DNA from: Gemmata obscuriglobus
Lineage (GTDB): Bacteria > Planctomycetota > Planctomycetia > Gemmatales > Gemmataceae
Reading direction: 5' to 3'
Assembly: GCF_008065095.1 (NCBI RefSeq)
Contig: NZ_CP042911.1
Location: 900,001-932,000 of the forward strand
Length of the DNA: 32,000 nt
Part shown: piece by piece, positions 24,201 to 32,000 of the stretch
Numbering within the stretch: the stretch's first letter is position 1
Layout of the letters: each line of letters starts with the position of its first letter
Notes under the pieces: model-generated
Seen by the model: only the letters and a program-made list of their open reading frames with translations
Told to the model about the DNA's origin: nothing
Databases searched by the model: none
Position numbers and translations under genes: made by a program

Positions 24201-27200
24201 CGCGTTGAGCCGCGGCAGGGCCAGCGCGGCCACGGCACCCGCGCTGGCTGCACCGGTGTTCTGCCCGAACCCGCCAAAGCCCACGTTGGTACTGCCGACC
24301 CGCGGCCCGGGCAGGTAGCCCCCGTTCTGCCCGAGTTGCACCCGGCCGAACAGCGCGTTGAACTGCTCGGCGACCGTGTTACAGTCGCCGTTCTCCAGCG
24401 TCACGATTTCCACCCGCGGCTGGGTGTTGCGGGCCGTGCGCTGCAGGATCTCGATCAGCTCCAGTACGATCTGGAGGTCTTTGGCGTCCGCGGTGCGGAG
24501 CACGAGCGCGTCGAGCCCCTGGATCGGGATCGCCGTGACGACGCCGCGCGGCGCGGGGCCGGTGTACACGCCGTCCCCGGAGCCCGGAGGCGCGGGAGGT
24601 GTCATCATGGGCGGGGCGCCCGGGATGACCGGCTGCTGCCCGCCGGCCATAACGATGGCGCCGAGCGGGCGGGGCGGAGCCGGGCGGTTGTACCCGAAGT
24701 CCGCCTCGTCGGTTTGCGGGTCGTAGATCGTGTGGACGGCCGAAGGGGCGTCCGTGCCCCGGTAGTCAAAATTTGCGGTCGGCCCTCCGTTGTTCAGGCT
24801 CGCGGTCCGGCCCCCTCGGGCTCCCCCGCCTCCGCCCCCACCTCCGCGGTTACCTCCCCCGCCGGCACCACCTCCGCCTCCGCGGTTACCTCCCCCGCCG
24901 AAGCCGCCGGTGCCACCCCCGCCGAAGCCGCCGGTGCCGCCACCGAATCCACCACCGCCGAACCCACCTGTGCCACCGCCGAAGCCCCCGCCACCGGGGA
25001 ACCCGCCGCCGGTGCCGCCCCCGCCGAAGCCACCGGTGCCACCACCACCGCCGACTCCGCCGCGGCCGCCCTGCTGCCGCGAGTCGATGCCCCGCATCGC
25101 GTTCACGGCCTGCTGCACCACGTTCGGGTCCACGCCCTTCAACTGCACCAGCTTCACCACTTCGGTGGTCGTGACGGTGGCGCTGTCGAGTTGCTCGACC
25201 AGTTCCCGCACGTCGCCGTAGAGCGTTTCCGCGCACAGCAGGATGATGCTGTTACTGCGGTCGTCCACGGAGATCGACAGCGCCGGCGGCTGCTGTTGTT
25301 GCTGCCCGCCACCGCCTTGAAGCGCCGCGGCGAACGGGTTGAACGCCGGCATCGCCCCGACCGCCGCGTTGCGGCCGGTGGTGCCCATCGCGCTGCGGTA
25401 CACGTCCCGCACCACCGTGGCCATCTCCGCCGCGTCCGCGTTCTTCAGCGGGATGATGAACGTCTTGAGCACCGCGGCCGAGTCGTTGACCCCCGCGTCG
25501 ATCGTGCCGCCGAGCAGTTTCTCGATGAGCACCAGATCGACGGGGCTGGCCTTCACCACCACCACCGAGTTGCTGCTCTTCTCGGCGACCACGCGGATGC
25601 GGTCCTTGGACGCCGGGCCGGTGTCACCGCCCCCGCCCAAACCGAGCAGTGCGAGCGGGTTGAGCCCCCCGAACCCGCCACGGCCGCCACCGGGACCGCC
25701 ACCGCCGCCGCGCTGCTGTTGCTGCTGCGGGCCGTTGAAAATCTCGGTCAGTTCGCGGGCGGCATCTTCCGCCGCCACGTACTTCAGGCGGATCACCCGG
25801 AACAGGTTCTCGTCCGGCTTCGCGCCCTCGGTGACGATGTACCGGGCCAGTTGCGACAGCACGTCGAGGGCCGCGGTGTCCTCGCTCTCGATCACCAGCC
25901 GGTTGCCGGCCACGGTGATGACGATCGGCTTGTCTTCCCGCTTGGCCGGGTCCACGACCTGCGCGGCGATCAGGAAGTCCCGCCCCGGGAGCGGCTCACG
26001 CGCCCCGAGGGGCGGCGGCTTGACCGGGGCCGGCAACTTCGGCGGGTCCGCCTTCGGGCGCAGCGGGCTGGAACCCGGGGCCGGGGCCGGGTTCGTCCGC
26101 GGAGCCGGGTTCAGCGGGTCCTGGATGATGACCCGCTTGCCCCGCCCTTCCATCACGCGGCTGAACATCTCCGCGACCGCGGCGGCGTTCGCGCTGCCGC
26201 CCAGGTTGATGGTGCGTGTGGTGCCGCCCAGGCTTGGTGCCACCCCACCCGGCCCGGGGATGCTTGTTTCGCCGAGGAGTTTGAGGGTTTTCTTGGCATC
26301 GGCAATTTGTGCCGGCGTGCCTTTGATCAGTATCCCGACGTTCGGCCCTGTCTTTTGCGCTTCGATCGTCGGCCCACCCGCGGCGGGGGTCGGACTCAAC
26401 TTCGTCAGTTGGGTCGCGGCATCGCCCGGATCGAGATCGTTCAGCGGGATGAAAGTCGTTTCCACGGCCTCGGCGCCGCCGACACCGCCTTCACCGCCGT
26501 TAATGATCTTGGCGATGTCGAGCAGATCCATCGGGGCTGCGAGAACCATGATCTGGTTCTGGGCCGGCAGAGGAATCGCCGTTACCCACGGGAACCGGGT
26601 CTGGATCGTCTTTGCCAGTTCCGCTGCGGACCCGGCCGGCACGCTGAACGATTTCAGCACCGGCTCAGCCGCGACCAGCGGCTTTTGGTCTGGATATAGC
26701 GGTTGGTCCTGTTCTTCGATCAGCTTCTTCGCGAGCCCGATCTTGTCTTGCGGCGCGGTTACCAGGATGGCGTTGCGACGCGTGTCGACAGCGACCTGAA
26801 CGGTTTTGACACGCCCCCCACCGGTAACCGGAGCCGATGGCGTTGCACCGCGGCCACGGTCGCCCCCGCGGTCACCACCACCCGGGCCGCCCCAACCGCC
26901 ACCACCCGGGCCGCCCCAACCGCCACCTCCCGGACCGCCCCAGCCGCCACCCGGGCCGCCCCAGCCGCCCTGACCTTGGGTGCCGGTGACGTCCACCTTG
27001 ACGTCCTGGTTGGTCATCAGTTTCGCCAGCACCTCGGCTAGCTCTTGCGGGCGGCGGTACTTGCAGACGTGAGTCAGGTTGTCTGCTCCGTCCTTCTCCT
27101 CGATATCGCGGAGCGTCTTCTGGATGCGGATGATGTTGCCGACCGTATCCTGCACCAGGTACGAGTTGGGCTGCGTCAGCGGGATCATGGTCCCGAACGG

Positions 27201-27779
27201 GGTGAGCAGCTTCTTCAACTCGTCGATCGAGTCGGTGACCACCATTCCCTTAACCGGCAGCACGATCTGCACGATCTCGGTGCGGCCCCGGCTCGGCAAT
27301 TCGTCCAGGGCGATGCGCGGCAGCAGCGTCGGATCGATTTTTTCGTCGGACGGCTGGATGAAGAACGTCATGTGCCGGCGGATGAGCAGAAACTTCTGCT
27401 GCATCATCGCCTCGTTGATGAGGTCGGTGACCTCGCCGATGGTGAACTTTTTGTCCTTGCCGGGCTTGATGGCGACGGTGCCGGTGGGCTTGACGGTCGT
27501 GATGAGCGTCAGTCCGGTTTCCTTGGCGTACCAGTCGAGGACCTCGTCCCAGCCGGCCTTCTCGAAGTGGATGCTGACCAACTTCTCGGCAGGCGCCGCC
27601 GGCGCGGTCGGCGCGACGGCCCCGGGCTTGCCGGGCGCGGGCATCGGCTGCGCGAGCACCATGTCCACGGGGCCAGCCAACCCGGCCGCGGCGGCGAGCA
27701 CGCCGGGGAGCCATTTGCGGAGCTTCAGGAGCTTCCAGACCGGAACCGCTCTCAGCCGGTTCCCGTGACGCGGAGCCAT
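21252..27779 (-). CDS. Giant secretin (GspD/PilQ superfamily), 2175 aa
   Basis: ATG start. The signal-like N-terminus is WLPGVLAAAAGLAGPVDMVLAQP. The canonical C-terminal secretin core (about 22040-22818) reads PPQVVIQVTIAEVQLNNTEELGVEVG...VDVLSRPQIQVADSQTGYVNIGQSYPV...ITYQDIGISLRVTPRVSPDGKVLMRVEPTVSSV...TTVLASDGETIVLGGLL...IPYLGALFRYRTHQVQRREILVIMTPHIVRS. It is preceded by about 12-13 Secretin_N-like repeats, identified by manual pattern reading only. Confidence 0.9.
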   Translation of the reverse strand: MAPRHGNRLRAVPVWKLLKLRKWLPGVLAAAAGLAGPVDMVLAQPMPAPGKPGAVAPTAPAAPAEKLVSIHFEKAGWDEVLDWYAKETGLTLITTVKPTGTVAIKPGKDKKFTIGEVTDLINEAMMQQKFLLIRRHMTFFIQPSDEKIDPTLLPRIALDELPSRGRTEIVQIVLPVKGMVVTDSIDELKKLLTPFGTMIPLTQPNSYLVQDTVGNIIRIQKTLRDIEEKDGADNLTHVCKYRRPQELAEVLAKLMTNQDVKVDVTGTQGQGGWGGPGGGWGGPGGGGWGGPGGGGWGGPGGGDRGGDRGRGATPSAPVTGGGRVKTVQVAVDTRRNAILVTAPQDKIGLAKKLIEEQDQPLYPDQKPLVAAEPVLKSFSVPAGSAAELAKTIQTRFPWVTAIPLPAQNQIMVLAAPMDLLDIAKIINGGEGGVGGAEAVETTFIPLNDLDPGDAATQLTKLSPTPAAGGPTIEAQKTGPNVGILIKGTPAQIADAKKTLKLLGETSIPGPGGVAPSLGGTTRTINLGGSANAAAVAEMFSRVMEGRGKRVIIQDPLNPAPRTNPAPAPGSSPLRPKADPPKLPAPVKPPPLGAREPLPGRDFLIAAQVVDPAKREDKPIVITVAGNRLVIESEDTAALDVLSQLARYIVTEGAKPDENLFRVIRLKYVAAEDAARELTEIFNGPQQQQQRGGGGGPGGGRGGFGGLNPLALLGLGGGGDTGPASKDRIRVVAEKSSNSVVVVKASPVDLVLIEKLLGGTIDAGVNDSAAVLKTFIIPLKNADAAEMATVVRDVYRSAMGTTGRNAAVGAMPAFNPFAAALQGGGGQQQQQPPALSISVDDRSNSIILLCAETLYGDVRELVEQLDSATVTTTEVVKLVQLKGVDPNVVQQAVNAMRGIDSRQQGGRGGVGGGGGTGGFGGGGTGGGFPGGGGFGGGTGGFGGGGFGGGTGGFGGGGTGGFGGGGNRGGGGGAGGGGNRGGGGGGGGARGGRTASLNNGGPTANFDYRGTDAPSAVHTIYDPQTDEADFGYNRPAPPRPLGAIVMAGGQQPVIPGAPPMMTPPAPPGSGDGVYTGPAPRGVVTAIPIQGLDALVLRTADAKDLQIVLELIEILQRTARNTQPRVEIVTLENGDCNTVAEQFNALFGRVQLGQNGGYLPGPRVGSTNVGFGGFGQNTGAASAGAVAALALPRLNAVLLVAPEARFEDAKNEMKRLFDQSNRAPFKAFQLKRASAQLVAYQIQNFWNTRYPGDPQTKNQFRVTFDTSSNTVYVQGSPGDLKDVEDLITLMDISTSKAVNDMRIFKLKNALSDELGQVLSQALTSNVLNPLAQQQFTGPQAQLQGGAAAFGITANQGGGANQFGQGNQFNLGTQGATPGAIGQTTGQFGATQVQQINALIPTIGTGSAGGLHTKTTAIKFYSARDGKTYETGFLEDIHIVSHARINSLIIAAPTETMKLIETLIENLDTVAAARSYVNVFRLSQGADATLTANLIAQLFTGQGRTATTGIQNQGLGQNTTQARPLLTISSDPSAGASLIDLRLSVDDRTNSIIVAGSLNDLDTIRAVIARLEGSQVQNRYHEVVKLRNAAAADVANSVQQFFTQALQVYTGAQFNSAFQQLQRSVVVIAEPVSNTVLVSATPEYFGEIKRIIDKIDAQPPQVVIQVTIAEVQLNNTEELGVEVGLQSPVFFDRGTTLNFNTTTALPAGNNVGNGIVGFQGLGNLGVGRSSPTQGVGGFVFSASNDTFSLLVRALKAQGRVDVLSRPQIQVADSQTGYVNIGQSYPVPTATTITNGLAQQGITYQDIGISLRVTPRVSPDGKVLMRVEPTVSSVQPSTVAVGGIQAAVFNSQTVQTTVLASDGETIVLGGLLSKQETKSEVGIPYAKDIPYLGALFRYRTHQVQRREILVIMTPHIVRSEYDNARILAEESAKLKWCLPEVLATHKHGGEVMGPAAAGARPVPTGAGGPQGQPNFVPGPAYFGTFNAPIPLDGGAATGVLQPGTPQPQPGTVVPPGMVPQNTVMPPNGGAAILPAQPAPMLTPAPAAMPAPGLNVPLPGTPGAALPSSSGVMPVSASQPVFAPPPFPQPGFAPAVPAAPQIPAAPQGAGYVMQQPGQPVPAAPAPAVPGAPNRGFTMSAPPAAAPTQPEPGRGKDASPVEQKPYLNATEGTKSWVHDIRR

Positions 27780-28004
27780 AAATTCCCCCCAGTAACGGCG
27801 ATCGTGTCCGTCGTTCCGTGTAGTGCAGGTCGCCCGTTCCCCAACAGGCGGCCCGCTGGACCGGCGGAGGTGTTCACGCGTGTGATTGCGGCTGAATATC
27901 GTGCTGCTCAGAAGCCATCAACGGAAAACCGCCGGGGAGCGCAAACTTTTAATCTGACCCCAGTTTATCCCAACTGCGCCGTTGCCGCGCTGTTAGATCG
28001 GGAT

Positions 28005-28090
28005 GAGAGAAAAGAAAAGGGGTGGGCGCCCCGCGGGGGCTGGCGCGAGCGGGTCGCTGCCGCCCGCGCCGCTCGGCGCCCCGGACCCCC
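28005..28090 (-). terminator. GC-rich compound hairpin followed (minus strand) by a T-rich run
   Basis: gggcgcc (28024-28030) pairs with ggcgccc (28075-28081), and flanking ggggt/acccc extend the stem. On the minus strand the structure is followed by ccttttcttttctctc (complement of 28005-28020). Confidence 0.35.
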
Positions 28091-28436
28091 TGCGCCGGGC
28101 ACACGCCGTTCGTGTTCGCTCCAAGAGCCAGTCCATCGAGTAAGCTCCCAATACGACACTTCTGAAACGGGTTGGACTCATCGCACGGTCACAGCGGGGG
28201 CAGATGCCCGGTCGAACGGTTCACCACCCGCTCGAATTCCACATCGCAAGCACCAGCTCTAAAAGGTCTTGCAGCTATTTCGCCCTGAATCACCTGGGCC
28301 AGTCGCACCGCCCAAAGTGCCGCGTTTGCGGTTTGAAACGTTGGATTCGTGGGCCGCAGCACGCCAGCGAATGGGTAGTCCGTAACCAGTCAACGGGTAG
28401 CGGCTGTCCAGTCCCTTCCCCTGTTGGCGGCAACCG

Positions 28437-28468
28437 ACCGGTGGTGTAACCCCCGTTACACCACCGGT
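28437..28468. repeat. Perfect 14-bp stem hairpin with a 4-nt loop in a non-coding region
   Basis: accggtggtgtaac-cccc-gttacaccaccggt. No T tract follows on either strand. Confidence 0.7.
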
Positions 28469-28765
28469 GCTGGCAGAGTGAACGGGGACGTAGTGCAGAA
28501 GCGATTCGATTCGGCTTTGCGAGTGTCGGAAAGCACACTTCCTATGCCTACCGGCGGGTCGGAGGTCCGCGCTCGGGCGTCGTCTCGCAGGCAAAGCACG
28601 CCCAAGTGTCTCATCACTCGCCATCCACACCGGCGGCGATCATTCTTTTTGCACCCCGGAGGGGTCGCCGGACGTAGCACAGGGCGGAATCCATGTGCCG
28701 CGGCATCTCCCCTAATGACCTGATGGCACGCACCGTTTCCGCGGAGGGGCGGCCCCAACGACCGG

Positions 28766-31700
28766 TTACGAGAGCAGCAGTTCCAGGTCCTCGCGCTTCA
28801 AATCGGTGACGCCCTTTCCATCGCCACCAAGGATCGCGTCGGCCAGTTCGCGCTTGCTCTGCTGCAACTCCAGCACCTTCTCCTCGACCGTCCCCCGCGC
28901 GATCAGCCGGTACGCGAACACCGGCTTCGTCTGCCCGATCCGGTAGCTGCGGTCGATCGCCTGGGCCTCCGCCGCCGGGTTCCACCACGGGTCCAGCAGG
29001 AACACGTACTCGGCCGCGGTCAGGTTCAGCCCCACCCCGCCCGCCTTCAGGCTCACCAGGAACAGCTTGCACGCCGGGTCCGTCTGGAACCGCTCCACGC
29101 GCTTGTCGCGGTCGCGGGTGCGGCCGTCGAGGTACTCGAATTGGATGCCCTCCGCGGTCAGCCGCTTGCGCACGATGTCGAGCAGCGACGTGAACTGCGA
29201 GAACACCAGCGCCTTCTGCCCGCTCTCGGCGAGTTCCTGGAGCTGCGGGAGGAGGTAGTCGAGCTTGGCGCTCGCGTCGCCGGTGCGCTTCTTGTCGATC
29301 AGCCCGGGGTGGCACGCGGCCTGGCGCAGCCGCATGAGTGCCGCGAGCACCTGGATCTGCGAGCGCTTCAGCCCGACCGAATCGACGTGCGCCAGCAGCG
29401 ACGCCCGGTAGTGGTCGCGCAGCTCGTCGTACACCTGCCGCTGGGACGGTTCCAGGTCGCAGTACACCGTCTGCTCGGTCTTCTGCGGCAGGTCCTTTGC
29501 GACCTGGGCCTTGGTGCGCCGCAGGATGTACGGCCGCAGCGCCCGCGCCAGGAACTCGCGCGTCTCGGCGTCCGGGTTGCGGATCGAGCCGGCGCCGGCG
29601 AGCGCCGCGCGGCCCAGCATCCCGGGGTTTAGGAAGTCGAACAGCGTCCACAGCTCGCCCAGGTGGTTCTCGACGGGCGTGCCGCTCAGCGCCAGCCGGT
29701 GGTCGGCCTGGATCACCCGCACCGCCTTCGCGGTCTCGGTCGCGGCGTTCTTGGCCGCCTGCGACTCGTCCAGCACGCACGTGTCGAACCGGACCTCCGC
29801 GAACGCCGCCGCGTCGTTGCGGAGGGTGCCGTAGGTGGTCAGCACGAGGTCGAAGTCTTTGAAGTTCGCGCAGGTCCGGTCGCGCGCGGTGCCGGTGTGG
29901 TCGAGCACCTTCAGCTTCGGGGCGAACCGCGCGGCCTCCCGCTTCCAGTTGAACACCAGCGACCGCGGGACCACGACGAGCGCCGGCCCGGACCGCTTGC
30001 CCGCGAGCAGCGCCAGCACCTGCACGGTTTTGCCCAGCCCCATGTCGTCGGCGAGGCACCCGCCGAACCCGAACTTGCGGAGGAACCGGAGCCAGCCCAG
30101 CCCCTCGCGCTGGTACTCGCGCAGCTCGCCCTTGAACACCTTCGGCGGCGCGGCCGGTTCGATCCCCTGGAACCGTCGCAGCTCGTCGCGGGCGCGGGCG
30201 AACTGCTTGTCGAACGTCACCTCGGGGCGGGCCGCCAGCAGCGCGTCGAGGACGCCGACCTGGGCGCGCGAGAACCGCACCGCGTCGCCCTCCACGGCGC
30301 CCATCTGCGCGAGCAGCCCGTACTTCTTGAGCCACTCCTCGGGCACCATCCCGAAGCTGCCGTCGTCGAGCAGCACGCTCGTCTGCCCCTTGGTGAGCGC
30401 TTCGAGCAGCCGGGGGAAGGGGACCGACCGGCCGTCGAAGTTGGCCGCCCCGCGCAGGTCGAACCAGTCGTTCTCGGTGCGCACCTCCATCCGGAAGTCG
30501 TCGGCCTTGCGGTACAGCTTCCCTTCCGCTTCTACGGCCCAGCCGGCGGTCACCAGTTCGCGGGTGAGCTTCGGCAGCAGGGTCGGTTTGAGTTCGAGCG
30601 GCGGCTCGCCGCCGCCCCAGCCGTAGGTGCCCTGCCGCACGCCGAGCCGGGTGAGTTCCTGCTCGGCGGCGCGCTCGACGGCCGCGTCCCGGAGCAGGAA
30701 CCGACGGCTCCCGGGCTTGAACGCGCCGCGCGTCGGCGGGCGCACCGGGACGATCACGCCGTCGTAATCGAACGACAGCTCGGCGTTGAGCACGGGGGCG
30801 CCGTAGTGCTGCTTCGCGGGCTTCACCACGAGCCGGGGCCGCGGCGCGACCGCCTCTTCCGTGACCCGCAACTCTTCGGGCAGGTCCAGGCGCGGCAGGG
30901 TGGGCATCTGGAACAGTTGCGCGACCAGATCGTCGGACTTCGCAACGGGAACGGTGATCGCCCCGGCGCGGCGCAGCGTCGGCACCCAGGGGAACGCGCC
31001 CGCGTCGCTGAACCGGCCGAACCGCCCGTTCCACACGACGACCCCGGGGACCAGGAGCGCGGGCTCCGTCAGCCCCATCACCTCCGCGCCGCGGCGCAGG
31101 CTCCCGCCGAGCACCCACTCCTTGTCGCCGTCGCGCGTCACCCCGGCGGCCAGCTCCCACGGCGGTCCCGGGTCGGCGGTCAGGTCTTCCAGAACGACGG
31201 GCGGCGCCGGGTCGCGGCGCAGCTTCACGCGGCCGGTCTGGGCGAGCAGCGGCAGCACCGCTTCGAGCAGCGGCCCGGCCACGCGGTACCGCCCGGAGCT
31301 GGACCCGTAACTGGTCCCGTAGGGAGAGCCGTAATAGCCGTAACTGTCGCCGCGCTCGGCCCCGCCGAGTAGGGCGAGCAACTGCCGGTCGGTCGGGTCG
31401 GTCAGGGCCTCGATTTGTGCGTTCGTGAGGTACTGGAACTTCGGCTTGCCCCACTCGCCGTTGCGCTTCCGCTCCTGCGTGCCGACCTCCAGGACGAGCT
31501 TGCGGGCCGCTTCACTGGCCGGCACGTCGATGATGAACACGAGCTGCTGTTCGGTGGTCCGGACGGTCGGCCGTGTGCCGGTCGCCGGCTGGATCTCGCG
31601 GCTCACGGCGGCGAGCAGGTCGGCCCAGTTCTCTTTTTTCTTCTTGGGTGCCGCGGGAGCCGGGAGGCGCAGCGGGTACGGGTCGGCGTAATCGTCCTCG

Positions 31701-32000
31701 TAGAACGCCTCCTCGTCGAGCACCAGGTGCAGTGTCCCCTTGGCCGCGGCACTGCGGGCGAACGGCCCGGCGTCGGCCGCGATGACCGTCGCCCAGATGT
31801 GCTTGCAAATGGCCCCGTGCTCGGCGGTGTACGGGCAGGAGCATGCGGCGAAAACGGTCTGCCCCTCGAGCAGCAGATCGACCTCGTAGTCGTCGGCCCC
31901 CTCGACCGTCGCCGCGACGGCGTTGTGCGTCGTGCGGTCGAGGGTCACCGCCCCGTTCCGGTAGTACTCCCGCCCGCGATCGCGGATGGTCTGGGGGACT
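28766..32000 (-). CDS. SWIM zinc-finger + SNF2-family helicase (N-terminus runs off right edge)
   Basis: The SWIM motif is FAACSCPYTAEHGAICKHIWA. SNF2 motifs are LADDMGLGKTVQ (I), CVLDESQAAKN (II), LSGTPVENHLGELW (III), and SLKAGGVGLNLTAAEYVFLLDPWWNPAAEAQAIDRSYRIGQTKPV (V-VI). The frame stays open upstream of the track GTG start at 31948 and reads ...IRDRGREYYRNGAV out to position 32000, so the true start is outside the window. Confidence 0.9.
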   Translation of the reverse strand, partial: VPQTIRDRGREYYRNGAVTLDRTTHNAVAATVEGADDYEVDLLLEGQTVFAACSCPYTAEHGAICKHIWATVIAADAGPFARSAAAKGTLHLVLDEEAFYEDDYADPYPLRLPAPAAPKKKKENWADLLAAVSREIQPATGTRPTVRTTEQQLVFIIDVPASEAARKLVLEVGTQERKRNGEWGKPKFQYLTNAQIEALTDPTDRQLLALLGGAERGDSYGYYGSPYGTSYGSSSGRYRVAGPLLEAVLPLLAQTGRVKLRRDPAPPVVLEDLTADPGPPWELAAGVTRDGDKEWVLGGSLRRGAEVMGLTEPALLVPGVVVWNGRFGRFSDAGAFPWVPTLRRAGAITVPVAKSDDLVAQLFQMPTLPRLDLPEELRVTEEAVAPRPRLVVKPAKQHYGAPVLNAELSFDYDGVIVPVRPPTRGAFKPGSRRFLLRDAAVERAAEQELTRLGVRQGTYGWGGGEPPLELKPTLLPKLTRELVTAGWAVEAEGKLYRKADDFRMEVRTENDWFDLRGAANFDGRSVPFPRLLEALTKGQTSVLLDDGSFGMVPEEWLKKYGLLAQMGAVEGDAVRFSRAQVGVLDALLAARPEVTFDKQFARARDELRRFQGIEPAAPPKVFKGELREYQREGLGWLRFLRKFGFGGCLADDMGLGKTVQVLALLAGKRSGPALVVVPRSLVFNWKREAARFAPKLKVLDHTGTARDRTCANFKDFDLVLTTYGTLRNDAAAFAEVRFDTCVLDESQAAKNAATETAKAVRVIQADHRLALSGTPVENHLGELWTLFDFLNPGMLGRAALAGAGSIRNPDAETREFLARALRPYILRRTKAQVAKDLPQKTEQTVYCDLEPSQRQVYDELRDHYRASLLAHVDSVGLKRSQIQVLAALMRLRQAACHPGLIDKKRTGDASAKLDYLLPQLQELAESGQKALVFSQFTSLLDIVRKRLTAEGIQFEYLDGRTRDRDKRVERFQTDPACKLFLVSLKAGGVGLNLTAAEYVFLLDPWWNPAAEAQAIDRSYRIGQTKPVFAYRLIARGTVEEKVLELQQSKRELADAILGGDGKGVTDLKREDLELLLS

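Noticed and set aside
21283-27768. Many plus-strand ORFs opposite the secretin gene, for example 21354-22976, 23049-24197, 24336-26699, the poly-Pro ORF at 24790-25221, and 27045-28262
   Set aside because: All are antisense to a single uninterrupted 6.5-kb ORF with a canonical secretin core. The poly-Pro peptide is just the complement of the poly-Gly codons (GGN read as NCC).
28614-31454. 946-aa minus-strand ORF, and plus-strand ORFs 29663-31372 and 29835-30626
   Set aside because: These are alternative-frame or antisense reads of the SNF2 helicase gene, whose own frame contains all the helicase motifs. The others are Arg/Ala/Gly/Pro-rich with no motifs.

Overview
This is a high-GC bacterial chromosomal segment. 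Its gene content looks like a Gemmata-type planctomycete, but that is inference from protein types, not a database hit. Coding density is high and most genes are ordinary. In order, the calls are as follows. A partial THUMP-like methyltransferase N-terminus runs off the left edge. Next are a zinc-ribbon membrane protein and two TadE-like pseudopilins, then two divergently transcribed tandem tail-anchored Ser/Thr kinases. These are followed by a DUF2203-like protein, a PRC-barrel protein, a DUF4394+FG-GAP exported protein, a zinc-ribbon/TM/HEAT protein and a thioredoxin-like protein. After uvrB comes an IS200-like (RAYT-type) Y1 transposase embedded in a dense palindromic and tandem repeat structure. 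The remaining genes are an SRPBCC+TIGR01777-type epimerase, a frameshifted ATP-grasp gene, a secreted FG-GAP/VCBS protein and a 2175-aa multi-domain secretin with a translationally coupled lipoprotein. A SWIM+SNF2 helicase runs off the right edge. I saw no rRNA, tRNA or CRISPR array. The items most worth a second look are four. First, the giant secretin: about a dozen N-domain repeats, Gly/Phe/Trp/Arg low-complexity inserts, and a Pro/Met-rich tail paired with an overlapping lipoprotein gene. Second, the RAYT locus, with a perfect 61-bp inverted repeat plus 7 tandem 23-bp hairpin units. Third, several other REP/REPIN-like palindromes. Fourth, three unusually long, lower-GC, apparently non-coding intergenic regions carrying oriented terminator-like hairpins. 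Many long ORFs in the supplied track are antisense or off-frame artefacts of the high GC content and are rejected.
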